The position numbers and the translations under genes are program-made. The notes beneath the pieces were generated by a model that was given only the letters and a program-made list of their open reading frames with translations, ran no database searches and was not told where the DNA came from. A DNA stretch of 64,000 bases from the human T2T-CHM13v2.0 reference genome, Homo sapiens, in the NCBI RefSeq assembly GCF_009914755.1, contig NC_060944.1; one strand, given 5' to 3'. Below, piece by piece: positions 14,347 through 27,679 of the stretch (the stretch's first letter is position 1; each line of letters starts with the position of its first letter).

Positions 14347-15399
14347 CCTTCAGCTGCAGAGGAACAGGAAGAGTGTTCTCTGTACTCCTCAGGGACAAGT
14401 CGAATCACACTGACCCTACCTGCCCTGGCAGGATTTAAGAGCAGCTGGTGGTGGACACCCACAGCTCTCCTCTCCTCCTCCTCCCCCTTCATCAGCAGCC
14501 GAACTCGAGGGGAGAGCAGCAAGAGACTGTGCAATGGTTTTTGCATAAGTTCATGCCACACACACACAGGATAACACACACATTTTCTCTTTTGAGGGGC
14601 TGCTCCCTCAGCAACACACAGGCTTCTGTGGACCCAGCATTGTCTTGGTGGGAGCCAGGCGAGGGCCCCTGGGAGTCCTGGAGGATGGTAGCTGCTGGAG
14701 ACACGGGGAGATTGGATGCCAGGACTGGCGCATTCATAGGTGAGCAGTGGGGGGTGGGCACTGTGGGGAGGGGCCGCCTGCACCGGAAGCCACTCTCCCC
14801 CAGCCTGGTTCCTGGAGACGAGTTCTGGAAAATCCCCTCCCTTAGAGGACAAAGGAGCAGAGGCACCCTACAGAAAGGTGTGAAGGGAGGGAGAGTCAAC
14901 TCTGACACCGACGATTCCCCAGTACCGACAAGTCCTAGAGTGGCCTCCGCTGGACTTGCATGTTTTGGAGGAGGAGGCAGTGGCGAGGAAGCTTCAGGTG
15001 TGAGACACAGGGAGCTTTCTGGTTGGACATTCTGGTCTCCTAAAGGTCCCATCCTGGGGACCTGATGGGAGTCCCCAGACTTGGCTGCCAGTTAGAGAAG
15101 GAAGAAGCCACTGGTGGGTGGAGGCTGGAGCTTGTGTCCCACGGCACACAGAATGCAGGCTTAGTGCGGTTATGTTCGATTCCTAGAAGGCCTGTTATGG
15201 TGTCTTTTGGGAAGATGCGATATAAAAATGTGCAGTGATGGCTCCTGTGTGGGAACCCGGGGAGGAGCCCTGGGCACACCCAACGCCTGTTTCGAGGCTT
15301 CCTCATGTGCCTCCAGGGGATGCCAGGAACCAGGAAGCCAGGGCCTCTTTCCTGACACCCCTGCTCAGCCTTCCCTCACAGACACACTTGCTGCATAGC

Positions 15400-16030
15400 C
15401 ACATTCACACCCGAACACACGGACACACAACACATACACATACCTACACACACAGTCACACTCACACTGAAACACAGACACACAACACACAGAGACACAT
15501 ACCTATCCACACTCACACTGAAATATACAGACACACACACCTACATGTATACATCCACATTCACAGTGAAAAACACAGATGCACAACACACACACATACC
15601 GCCACACATGCACACATACACACTGAAACACACACACAACACACAGAGACACACGCACCTACATGTACACAACCACACTCACACTGAAACACACATACTA
15701 CACACACATCTACACATACACAATGACACTCACACTGAAACATATAGACACACAACACACACCTACACGTACATGCCCACACTCACATTGAAACACACAG
15801 ACACACAACACACAGATACACACACCTACATTACACACCCACACTCACACTGAAACACACAGACACACAACATACACACACACCTACATGTACACACCCA
15901 CACTCACACTGAAACACACACACAACACACATAGACACACCCCCCCACGCATACATACCCACACTCACGCTAAAACACACAGACACAGTACACACACAGA
16001 CATACATACCTGCACACACACACACTCCCA
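15400..16030. repeat. CA-rich minisatellite-like array (about 55-65 nt unit containing cacactcacactgaaacac)
   Basis: Recurring cacactcacactgaaa and cacctacat motifs. Confidence 0.9.
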
Positions 16031-18149
16031 AAACTCATGGACCTCAGGGTTCACTCCTTGGAGTACAGTGGAGCGCACATCCTCCATGCCCTCTTGATGG
16101 AGGGTTTGGCATCACCACAGAGCGAACACTGTGGAAGGGCTCTGTCTCCACCTCCTGTCTGTGCTTCCAGGACGGCCTCAATTTGTCTGGTGGCACAAAG
16201 GCAAAGCAGAAAAAGGTGAGAAGCTGGGCATCAGTTGGGCCTAGTGTGAGGTCTGCTTGGCCTCTGCCCTGAGCTCCCTGAGCGGCTGTAAGTGGGATAT
16301 CAATGCTCTTTTCATTGGGTTACTCTTACATTATAATTAAGAGCCTATGGGCAGAGACTGCTCATTTTATTTTCCTCAGTAACAGAGCTGCATTTTTGTT
16401 TGAGTATGGGACTGCCTGCAATAAAGACTGCATTTCCCAGCCTTCCTTGCAGTGGGGGTAGTCTCATGACCAAGATCTAAGTGAAATTGTTGTTTGAGAC
16501 ATAGAGGAATTTACTCTGTAAATTGCTGACTCAGTTGCAAAGAGTCATTTTTGCCTTATCTGCCATTGGGAATGAGGACATGATGGCTGGAGCTCCAGCA
16601 GCTCTATTGGAACATGAAGTAATCTGGAGAACAGAAGCCAGCTCTGAGGATGGGAGAGAAAAAGACGAAAGGATTGTGGTGCCTTGTGCCCTTGCCACTT
16701 TTTGGAGTGCCAGCCCTATATTGCCATCCCAACTCTTGTATAGTAAAGTTTATTTTCTTGTTTATATAAATAAGAGTTTATTTTCAACTCTTGTGTGCTT
16801 AAACCACCATAGTTTTGGTCTCTAATTCTCATGGCTGGCCACATACTACTACTAATTGAAACAGAATCTGACTCATAGTAAGTGCTTAATATGTAGTGGG
16901 ATTATTGTGCAATTGTCTGAACAGTATTTATGAAATTTTGTTTTTTATTGTCTGATTTAGGTTGTTCATGGAATAGACATATTTACTACATGTCTCCGGC
17001 AGAATTGCTGTAACACTAGGAATAGTATATGTAAGCATCTAGCACGTGGTGGGGCAGGGTGGTGGGGCTCACAAAGAATCCCTCCTGTCAATGTCTGTGG
17101 GGTCTGACTGTGGATCCCCTCCCATGTGTGCTTTGCAGCTGTGCAGAACTGGCAATGTTCATCTCCGACCTCAGTGGGCAGCCCATGGGCCTTCACTTGT
17201 GTCAGTGCAAACATGCCTTGCCAGTTCCCTCAGGCCCCAGGTAGCAAGGCAAGAGGGCGGCACCAAAGAAGCCGGGCCAGGAGGCGCAGGTGGTCGATCT
17301 TCCACAGGGTTGCACTGGCAGCATTACCTCTTGGTTGATCTCGTCAGTGGCCCGTGGGTTCTCTTCCTGTCGCCCACTTGCCCTCCTGGCCCTGCATGGG
17401 GAGGTGAGCAGTGTGAAGAACACCACATCCTCCAGCCCTCTTGATCTTGTCTTTTTTCCCCTCTGCTTTTTCTTCTTGTTATTCCCTCCCCACTCCCCTG
17501 CAGGCTGGAATACAAACTCTTCTCCAAGCCCAAATCTTGACCTCTTCCTCTATGTTCATAATTCTTTACCTCAGCAGATACAAGAATCCCCTTTGAGAAG
17601 CTGATGGAAGCTGTGGCCCACTCCCCTGAAAACAGAGAATGTGCCCCTTATGGGGAACAGGCTTCACTTGCAAGTGTCATCATGGTGTGGCTTTGTCCTC
17701 ACTTCCTACTGTTCCTTTGCATGGACTCAGCCATGCTATTTGTCCTCTGTGACTTTTCAAGTGACTCCCAGGCAATATACACAGTCTCAATCCAGTTATT
17801 GAAATGCTAGTTTTTGGAGATGGTCAAAACTTTGAACGTGCTTTAAAGTTGCGCTTCTCCCTCCTGGAGGCTTGCATTTGGGGAGGAGTGCTTGCTTCTT
17901 TCTCTTTTTCCCTATGCACACCACATCTCCTCTGCCTCTTCCATCTCACCAGCCATGGTTTTTAGGGCCCCTCTGTGTCAGAACGAGCAGAGAAGGAAGA
18001 TGTAGAGGACTGGAAAATTCCTACTTGGCTGCAGCTGCTGTGCTCCCAAGCCTTGGCAGAATTTTAAAACTGGCTGTTCTGGGGTCCCTTCCTGCCTCTG
18101 CCCAGCCTCCATCGCTAGCAGCCCCTCCCCTGCAGCTCCCCTGGCAGCT

Positions 18150-18612
18150 GTGCTCATTTCCTGTGGCTGCTGTAACTAGTTACTAACAACAGTGGTTTAA
18201 AGCAACACCCTTTTATTATCTTGCAATTTTGGAGGTTACCAGCCCTACAATCAAGGTACTGGCAGGGTCGCATTCCCTCTGGATGGCCTAAGGGAGAACC
18301 TATTTTTTTCAGCTGCCAGCATTGCTTGGCTTCTGGCCCCTTCCTGCATCATCAAAGCCAGCATGGAGTCTCTTCAGTCTCTCTACTCTCTGGCCTCTGG
18401 TTCTCCCCAGCATGTCTCCTTCTCTGACTCTCCATCTCCCTCTTCTAAGGACGTGATTAATTACATGGGGCCCCTTCAGATAATCTCACCATCCTAAGAT
18501 CCTTAACTTAATCACATCTGCAAAGTCACTTTTGCCCACAAGGTAACAAGTTCACAGGTTCTGGGGTTAGGATGCGGACATCTCGGGTGGGGTGTTATTC
18601 TGCCTGTCATGG
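18150..18612 (-). mobile_element. MLT1 (ERVL-MaLR) LTR
   Basis: tttcctgtggctgctgtaac...cttaatcacatctgcaaagtc...ttattctgcctg. Confidence 0.75.
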
Positions 18613-19119
18613 CAGCACAGAGGCTCTCCCTTCCGGCTGCCGGTTGCTCTTGTCTCGGCCAGGACTGCTCTGGTTCTTTTGGCTGAGGTATGTGGAGCCC
18701 TGTTGACATCCCTACCACCTCAGTTCCTTCTCTGCTCTGGACCATCTCAACCCAGCCGCTTCTTGGCTGCCTGGCCAGAAAAGCAGGAAGTCAGTCACCA
18801 CTAGCTTGGGCGAGGGTCAGGTAGATCACCTCCCTCAGAACTTCCTCTGTTCCCGACTCCTGGACATTTCATTTTCTCAACATGGGTGAGCAATTCAGGT
18901 GGCTTCTGTATCCGCTATGAAAAATTTTACGTTCTTCTCTGGCACCTGATTTTGAAACTTGTCCTAATAAAAAATTCCATTTAACATTCAGTAACATTTA
19001 CATAAAATGTTGCATATGACTTTAGGGAGGTTACAGGCCGCTGAATCCAATCCCTTGGCATGGGATAATATGTATGTATGTATATATATGTGTGTATATA
19101 TATATATATAAATTTTTTT

Positions 19120-19220
19120 AAAGGCTAGTCAAGTGAAGCAGTGGGGGTGGAGAAAGAACAAAGGAATCTGTAACTGTTTGTGATCAATAAGTTGTAAATA
19201 CCATTGTACTTGCACCAGCC
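19120..19220 (-). pseudogene. Y RNA (RNY3-like) processed pseudogene
   Basis: Reverse complement ggctggtgcaagtacaatggtatttacaacttattgatcacaaacagttacagattcctttgttctttctccacccccactgcttcacttgactagccttt matches recalled hY3 over its full length; followed by an A tail and (TA)n. Confidence 0.92.
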
Positions 19221-22054
19221 TTGATGCTATTTTAAGAACCCCTCTTCTACAGTCTCAGTTACTAACAATTTGGTCACATTCAATGCTCCCGTAGAGGTGA
19301 CTCCCATATAGTTAACTTCATTCCAAGTTCCCTTTTTGAAGTGTGATTTTATATTGCTACCTGTTTGCTGCAAATTCCTTTGAAAGTCCCACTGTAAACT
19401 GAATCTCCTCCAGCCAAAGAAAGGCTCATTGTCTTGACTTCCTTCCATCGCCTCTCTGGGGTACCCTATTTTGTCTCTTGGGAGGCCCAGAGTCAGCCAC
19501 CAAGTCCCACAAGTCCTCCAGTCATGTCTCAGTTCCACACTCCATCCCCTATGGCTTCTTCTGGGTAACATGGATCTATGGGTCCATGGATTAATTGCTA
19601 GGAGACATCCATCCACAGATGCAATATTGTAGCATGTTTATATTCCAAAAAAAAATCTTTCTGACTTTCCACATCCTACCAAGAGTTGGTTAAGATGCTA
19701 AAATTAAAAATAGAATGGACTGCCACTTCCAGCTGTCAGAAAGACTTCCTCTCAACCTGGTATAGAACACTCAGACTGCAGTTTGTATATATTTGCCCAA
19801 AGTTCCTGCAGCCACAGGCATGGAGTTGCTCTGCTGGAAGATGCTATCTGGCCACCAAACTGTCATCTCACATAGATGAACATGCTGAGGAATGTGCCAG
19901 TTTCTAAAATTTTCCATGCACTCTTAAACTCCAGTGGCTTTGTAAGTTTTCAGATTGCAATCAATGAATGTTCCTGCCCTGCTAAATCTTCTTCATTATT
20001 CCCCGTAGCTCAGGTGGATGTGTCTCCTTGCATGCTGATTCTCGCTTGCTGTTGTTTCCTCAGCTTTCATGTCTCATGAAAACTGTTCTCCTGGCCAAAT
20101 TGAACGAATGCAGCTCTCTGGACTCAGAGAGGATTGAATGGGCAATTAATCAGGAGGGTGCCAGTCTCCCAGGAGAACCAGCAAATATCACTGAATTACG
20201 GTGAGGATGAGAAAGGCACATTTATCAGTACTGTTCCCGGGAAGGAAGGCCCCTGAACCATTGGAGGTGGACCCAGTTTCCTTTGGGACTTTGGTTAAGA
20301 TGGGTTTTGTTTTGTGGGTCTGGGGCCAGAGGAGTTGGAATTGCTGGGCCTCAGAGGAGAGGCCGAGCTCTTAGCCAGAGACTCCTTTTCCTCACCTTCC
20401 CTAGACCATTTGGCCTCTTCTCTCCATTAAAGAGGGGCCAACATTTAAGAGATGTAGGTTTATAGGAGTCTAAGATCATGAGCTTCCTGGGGCAGCCAAA
20501 TTCCCTCCTTCAAAGTCTCCAGCATACGTGCTGTAGCTCTGTCTTGGTAGGGGATTCCCCTCTGCTGAGCACTCTTGTCCTTCTCTTCCTTTTGTTAACA
20601 GCTGCTCATATTCCTGGACTCTGCTGAAGAACAATCTCCTCCAGGAAGCGCCTTCTGATTGCCTGGCCCACCTTCTGCCCAGGCTAACACGGATGCCACT
20701 GCTATCTGGCCACACTTCTATCAAAACATGCAAGCTGTTCTCCTTCCACTGCTCTTCAGCTCTGCCTCTGGAACCTCACTTTGAATCCCTTGGGACAACA
20801 AAGTCAGACTGGCTGGACTCACATCTGGCTCCACCATTGACCAGCTGGGTGGCTGTGGGCAAATTACTTACATTCAACGTGCCTCAGTCTTCTCACCTGC
20901 AAAATGGGTATAAAATAGTTCTCATTCATGCTAATGAAATGAGATAATCCAGGCAAAGAGCTTATAATGGTTTTTAAAAAAATGTTCAATTATTATTGTT
21001 GTTGTTATTATCATTTGTTATTTTCTGTATTTCTGACAAGTAGTGCAGTTCCTGATGTTGAATGAACCACTGACAATGTTCACACACACACACACACACA
21101 TGCACGCACTTGCCCAAATGTTAAACTTTGGTTCTCTCCTCTGACTCATTCTTTGTACCCAGTCATATGGTCCCATTGGGTCATTCTTCAGAACACCTGT
21201 CAAAAACCACTGGCATGGCGCAGGATTTAGTTTTATTCACAACTGTATCTCCAGGGCCTGACACAAAGTCATTGCTCAAAAACATGTTGGATGAGTGAAG
21301 GCATGAACACATGGATGATTGAATGAATAAAATCCTTTTCCCTGTAGACTGCATTTCCACAGCTGCCTTCCAGCCCACTCTTCACTGACTCCATCCAGAC
21401 TCCTGTAATATCCTGACCATTCCTGCACTGTTCACTCTGGCCTCTCCCTGCACAATACAGCTAGTTTTATACCACTGCTGTGAGGTCTTCAACTGGTTCC
21501 CAGTGGTTTAGCAAATAAGGAACAAACTCACAAGACAACTAAGTGTTTATAGCATCACTTCTGTTTATACTTCCCCAGCTTGTACTTCTGCCAACATTAG
21601 ATGAGAATGCCTTTTCCACAAACCCTGCTGGCCTCCCCAAGTCCTTTATAAGCACCTAAAATGCATTTATACCGTTCTGGGAACAAATATAATGGGATCC
21701 TGCTTCACAGCTCAGAAGGCAAATGGTGACTGCCTAACAGCTGAGCTTCCCAAATGCCCTCACCAACAGGAAGTCCGGCTCCCTCTCCACATTCAACCAG
21801 GGTTCTCTTGTAAGCCTCAGTAGAATCCAGAGGGTCATGGGGTGGCTGTCCTGGCTGCCAGATGAGCATTCAGAAGTATCCTTTGTATTTGTTGATCCCA
21901 TCTGGAATTTGTGTTGGTGGAAGGAATGCCTTGGGGATTGAACTATGTATTTATTTATCTATTTATTTTGCAGTTGGCTATCTAGTTTTACCCACCCCAT
22001 TTGTTGAATAGTTATCTTTCACTTTTTAATTCATAAATTTTGTAATCATGGGGA

Positions 22055-22560
22055 TGTCAATTGAGGAAAATGGCGAGACAAGTCTCAATCATTTTTGGAG
22101 ATTTATTTGCCAAAGTTAAGGACGCACCTGGGAGACAGGTGCCTTTCTCTGAAGATGATTTTGGGGGTTCAAAATTTAAAGGGAAAAGTGTGGGATATTG
22201 AGAAGCCCGCAGTTTTCACATAAACAAAAGGCACACAAAAAATGTCGGGAATCCTCATTTTACTTAAGATAACACAGACAAAATGGGTTAGGGAAACAGT
22301 CAGATACACCCTGTGAAAGGAAATTAAATTTTGGGGCCCCAAGCTCATTTAGCCAAAGGGAAAAGTCAAGCTGGGAACTGGGTCATGCAAACCTGCCTCC
22401 ACCTTTTGGTTCCTAAGTAAGAAGACTACAAGATGAAAAGCTACTCGCCTCCCCCATATTCTGCCCACAAGGAAATTCCTGGTGAGATGTTAAAACTTCA
22501 CCGTGGCAATGCAAATTGATAGTTTGTCTTTAAAGGTGCAGTCACCCTGGCCAGCCAGAC
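22055..22560. mobile_element. MER4-group ERV1 LTR fragments
   Basis: tgtgaaaggaaaattaaattttgggg...aaagggaaaagtcaagctgggaactg begins at about 22312 (MER4-like start); preceded by a related LTR piece. Confidence 0.55.
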
Positions 22561-22561
22561 A

Positions 22562-22920
22562 TAAACTTTATTGTTGTCTTATTTTCAGAAATTGCCACAG
22601 CCAACCCAACCTTCAGCAACCACCAGTCTGATCAGTCAGCAACCATCAACATCAAGGCAAGACCCTCCATCAGCAAAAGGATTATGACTCACTGAAGGCA
22701 CAGATTGTTAGCATTTTTAGCAGTAAATCATTTTTAATTAAGGTATATATATTGTTTTTTATACATGATTCCACACTTAATAGACTATGATATAGCATAA
22801 ACACAACTTTTATATGCACTGGGAAACCCCCCAAAAAATGTGTGACTCACTTTATTGCAATATTCACTTTATTGTGGTGCTCTAAAATGAAACCCCCAAT
22901 GTCTCTGAGGTATGCCTATG
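22562..22920 (+). mobile_element. Tigger1 3' fragment
   Basis: aaattgccacagccaacccaaccttcagcaaccacc...tctctgaggtatgcct. Confidence 0.8.
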
Positions 22921-23369
22921 TAAGAAATTGCAAAACATGCCTATAGTGATTACACCATTTTGCATTCTGACTGGCAGTGAATGAGAGAACCAGTTTTTAT
23001 CTTCATCCTCACCAGCATTTGTTGTTATCACTATTTTTTATTTTAGCTGTGTGGTATCTCATCATGGTTTTAATCAGCATTTGTCCAAGGACTGATGACA
23101 TGGAGCCTATTCGCTAATAACTAATGATCTTTTTATAAGTGTATTTACTATGTGTTTATCTTTGGTAAAGTATTCATGTCTTTTGTCCATTTATTAATTG
23201 GTGTGTTTGTTTTTTTACTATTGAGTTTTTGAGGTTATTTATTTTTTCTGGTTACAATTTTTTAGGTATGTGATTTGAAAATATCCTATTTCAGTCTGTA
23301 GCTTGTCTTTTCATTTAACAGTGTCTGTGTTAGAGTAAAACTTTAAATTTTCATGAAGTTCAATTTATC

Positions 23370-25208
23370 TTCTTTTTTCAAGGGGTACATGCACAGGTTT
23401 GTTTTGTAGGTCAACTTATGTCATGAGGGTTTGTTGTAAAGATTATTTCATTGCCCAGGTATTAAATCTAGTACCCATTAGTTAGTTTTGCCTGATCCTC
23501 TTTTTCCTCCTACCCTCTGCCTTCCAATAGGCCCCAGTGTGGTTTGTTTCCCTCTATGTGTTCATGTGTTCTCATCATTTAGCTCCCACTTATAAGTGAG
23601 AACATGTGGTATTTGGTTTTCTGTTTCTGCATTAGTTTGCTGAGAATAATGGCCTGCAGTTTCATCCATGTCCCTGCAAAGGATATGATCTTATTCTTTT
23701 TTTATGGCTGCATAGTATTGCATGGTGTATGTGTACTACATTTTCTTTAGTCTATCATTGAGAGACATTTAGATGGATTCCATGTCTTTGCTATTGTGAC
23801 TAGTGCTGCAATGCACATATGCATGCATGTGTCTTTATAACAGAACAAGTTATATTCCTTTGGGTATATACCCAGTAATGGGATTGCTAGGTCAAATGGT
23901 ATTTCTGTCTTTGAGACTTTGAGGAATCACCACACTGTCTTCCACAATGGTTGAACTAATTTACATTTCCACTAACAGTGTATAAGCCTTCTTTTTTTCG
24001 CCATAACCTTGCCAGCATCTGTTTTTTAAAAATTTTTAATAGTAGCCATTCTGATTGGTGTGAGATGATATCTCATTGTGGTTTTAATTTGCATTTCTCT
24101 AATGATAAGTGATGTTGACCTTTTTTCAAATGCTTGTTGGCCGCATGTATGTCTTCTTTTGAAAACTGTCTGTTCATGTCCTTTGCCCACTTTTTAATGG
24201 GGTTGTTTGTTTTTTTCTTGTAAATTTAAGTTCCTTATAGATGCTGGCTACTAGACCTTTGTTAGATGCATGCTTGAAAAAATTTTCTCCATTCTGCAGA
24301 TTGTCTGCTCACTCTGTTGATAGTTTCTTTTGCTGTGCTGAAGCTCTTTAGTTTAATTAGATCCCATTTGTCAATTTTTGCTTTTGTCACAATTGCTTTT
24401 GGTGTCATTGTCATGAAATCTTTGCCCATGCCAGTGTCCTAAATGGTGTTGTCTAGGTTGTCTTCTGGGTTTTTATAGTTTTGAGTTTTACATTTAAGTA
24501 TTTAATTCATCTTGAGTTAATTTTTGTACATAATGTAAGAAAGGGGTCCAGTTTCAATCTTCTGCATATGGCTAGCCAGTTATCCCAGCATCATTTATTG
24601 AGTAGGAAGTCCTTTCCCCATTGCTTGTTTTTGTCAGGTTTTTCAAAAGTCAGATAGTTGTAGGTGTGTGGCCTTATTTCTGGGTCCTCTATTCTGTTCC
24701 ATTGGTGTGTGTGTATGTTTTTGTACCATGCTGTTTTGGTTACAGTAGCCCTGTAGTATAGTTTGAAGTCAGGTAGCATGATACCTCCAGCTTTGTTCTT
24801 TTTGCTTGGGATTGCCTTGGCTATTTGGACTCTTCTTTTGGTTCTATATGAATATTAAAATAGTTTTTTTTAGTTCTGTGAAGAATGTCAATGGTAGTTT
24901 AATAGGAATAGCATTGAATCTATAAACTGCTTTTTAACAATATTGATTTCAACAACATTGATTTTTCCTATCCATGAGCATGGAATGTTTTTCCATTTGT
25001 TTGTGTCATCTCTGATTTCTTTGAGCAGTGTCTTGTAGTTCTCTTTGTAAAGATCTTTCACTTCCCTAGTTATCTGTATTCCTAGGTATTTTATTCTTTT
25101 TGTGGCAATTGTGAATGGGTGTACATTCCTGATTTGCCTCTTGGCTTGACTTTTGTTGGTGTATAGAAATGTTGGTAATTTTTGCACATTGATTTTGTAT
25201 GCTGAGAC
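23370..25208 (-). mobile_element. L1 (L1PA13-16-like) 3' portion, nested in older L1M sequence
   Basis: Minus-strand ORF2 remnants ([17 protein letters not shown]; [27 protein letters not shown]) and an L1PA-type 3' UTR. Confidence 0.9.
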
Positions 25209-26551
25209 ATCATTTTATGACTCCTTAACATAAAATGAGAGATATACAATTTTTTTAAAAAAGGATCATGCCTTTGGTGTCATGTCTGAAAGTTCTAACT
25301 TCATGCCATGAATATTTTGCTCTAAAACTGTTATAGTTTTATATTTTTATCTATGATTCAATTTTGAGTTAATTCTTGTATAATGCATATATGATAAAAT
25401 TTAGTTTCAGATTCATTTCTATTGCATATGGAAGCTCAATGGTTCCAACACCATTTATTGAAAAGATTGTTCTTTATACATTGAATTGCCTCTACACCAA
25501 TGCCAAATGTGAGTTGGCTACCAGTTGGTCTATTTATGGCTATTTTGTTCTATTCTATGTTTTGACTACTGTATTCTGTTCTTACGTATGTGTCCATCAC
25601 CTTATAAATACCACCATCCTCTAGTTCTATAGGATTTGAGGTAGACTATTGGGATTTTCATAACATGACACATATAATCATACGTGTTTCTATATGTGAA
25701 TAGGGAGGTATATGCATTCAGTTGGGAGATATTTTTATTCATTTTGACAATCTCTATCTTTTAATTTAGATCACTTATATTTAATGTAATGATTGATATG
25801 TTTGGATTTTAGGTCTATCATAGAGAGGCCCATCAGTCTTAGTCTAGGTTCCTCAGGCATCTGAACCCCAGGAACAGCTTTAGCCAGCATATCTGTCTTC
25901 TCTAGCATCCATGTTCCCTTCCAGCAAGTTTCCCTAAGACACTCACAAAATTTTTTGTCCGCTGCCAGGAAGAAAATTCCTATTATTTTTTCACATGGTG
26001 AAATAACTGTGCTGATGCTTGATCCTGTTTCTGATTTATGGATCAATGGATTGAAGAAAAGGCATTTTGTTTGTTTGTTTCTCTCCAGATCTACTTTTCA
26101 GAGCTCACAAAATGATGAAACGTTCTAAGGTCAGATGGCTACTCTGCTGTGTTTTGCTGTGTTTCAGTGGTTCTCTGGGCATGATGGCTCTCAAATGTGA
26201 TATAAGAATTGGACACCCAAGGAGAGATAGTTTGAGACTGTCGAACTCTGCAAAAGTCTAGCAGGCAGAGACACACCTTCCAGAGTGGCTAACATTAGCC
26301 TCTGGTGCTCTTAGGCAACACAAATGCTCCAAAAGGAGGCAGAAACCCTCAGGCCAGCTGAGAGACCAGAGGAGACCAAGCAGGTCAGCAGTGGGGATGT
26401 CAGGGAGGGGATGCTCTTCCCTTCTGCTGCCTCCTCTACTGCCAGATTGGGCACCAGAAGACAATGCCAGAAGACACTTTATAGGGAGCAACTTGCCTTC
26501 AAATCATAGGCTTTTTCTTTTGTGATTCTGAATTCTCCTGAGCCCCTGAAT

Positions 26552-27050
26552 TTTTTATTATGGTTAAAATGTATATAACATAAAATTTGCCATTTTAAGC
26601 ATTTTTAAGTGTACAGTTCAGTGGTGTTAAGTACATTCATCCATGTGCAATCCTCACCACAATCCATCTCTAGAATTTTTTCATGTTGTAAAATTGAAAC
26701 TCCATACCCATTAAATAATAACACCTCATTCTTCTCTCCCCCAGCCCCTGGTAACCCCTAGTCTACTTTCTGTCTCTGTGAATTTGATTAGTCTAGATAT
26801 CTCATGTGAGTGGAATCATATAGTGTTTGTCTTTTGTTACTGGCTTATTTCACTTAGTATAACATCCTCAAGGTTCACCCATGTTGTAACATGTAACCGT
26901 TTTTTCCTTTTTTATGGCTGAATAATATTCCATTGTATGGAAATGCCACATTTTTTTTATTCACTCATTCTTCCATGGACACTTGGGCTGCTTCCACCTC
27001 CCAGCTATTGTGGATAATGCTGCTGTGAACACGAGTGTGTGGATATATGC
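26552..27050 (-). mobile_element. L1MB-like 3' end fragment
   Basis: aacataaaatttgccattttaagcatttttaagtgtacagttcagtgg. Confidence 0.7.
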
Positions 27051-27679
27051 TCAATTCCAAGCCTCTGATTTTGCACCTTTGGTAATGAAGGAATCCCAAG
27101 GGAGGGTTGCAGAAGCTCCAGGGCAGGAGCCCTGATCAGGCAGCTCTCCGCTCTGCCCATGAGTCTCCAAAAGGTCCTCTAGGTATATGAGCCTGTCCCT
27201 AAGGGCCTGACCAACTTCTCGGTTAATAAGAAAAACTTTGCCAAGACTGCAGATGATTGCAGAAGCAGCAGCTCAACTCAGCATGTCCCTACCAGCTTTT
27301 TGATGCTTAAATCCTTCAGCCTGGGGGCCCAGCATGGTCTCCATTGTGAGGACTCAGTTGCAGATGCTACTCACTGCCCTTTGGAGAGACACTGTGGTAA
27401 TAGACACTTGCCTTGATGTAGGAAACTGCCTGACTTGGAGCAAGACCTAGAGTGGAGGGCACCAGGGGCAGAAAGGGGATGAAAGATCTTGACTTTCAAC
27501 GCTGCTTGGGAAAATGCATTTTCTCTGCTTCAATTGAGGGGACAAAAATTAAAGTTCAGTGCCTGATAAGGAAGAAGACTATGGTAAATATCCAAGGGTT
27601 TCAGGTGAAACCATGAGAGGCCACATCCTAGGAGTAAAAGTGAACTGGAAATAGACCATTTGCAGAAGCCCAGATTTGA

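Noticed and set aside
14343-15065. Three overlapping 169-205 aa ORFs over the CST11 promoter
   Set aside because: GC-rich, on both strands, no domain or exon structure; expected by chance
15235-16097. Thr/His-rich ORFs (also at 6432-6961 and 37981-38455)
   Set aside because: Translations of CA/TG repeats
18860-20100. Vaguely protein-like minus-strand stretches (e.g. GVTSTGALNVTKLLVTETVEEGF)
   Set aside because: No family recognised and no tail or TSD; cannot be supported without blastx
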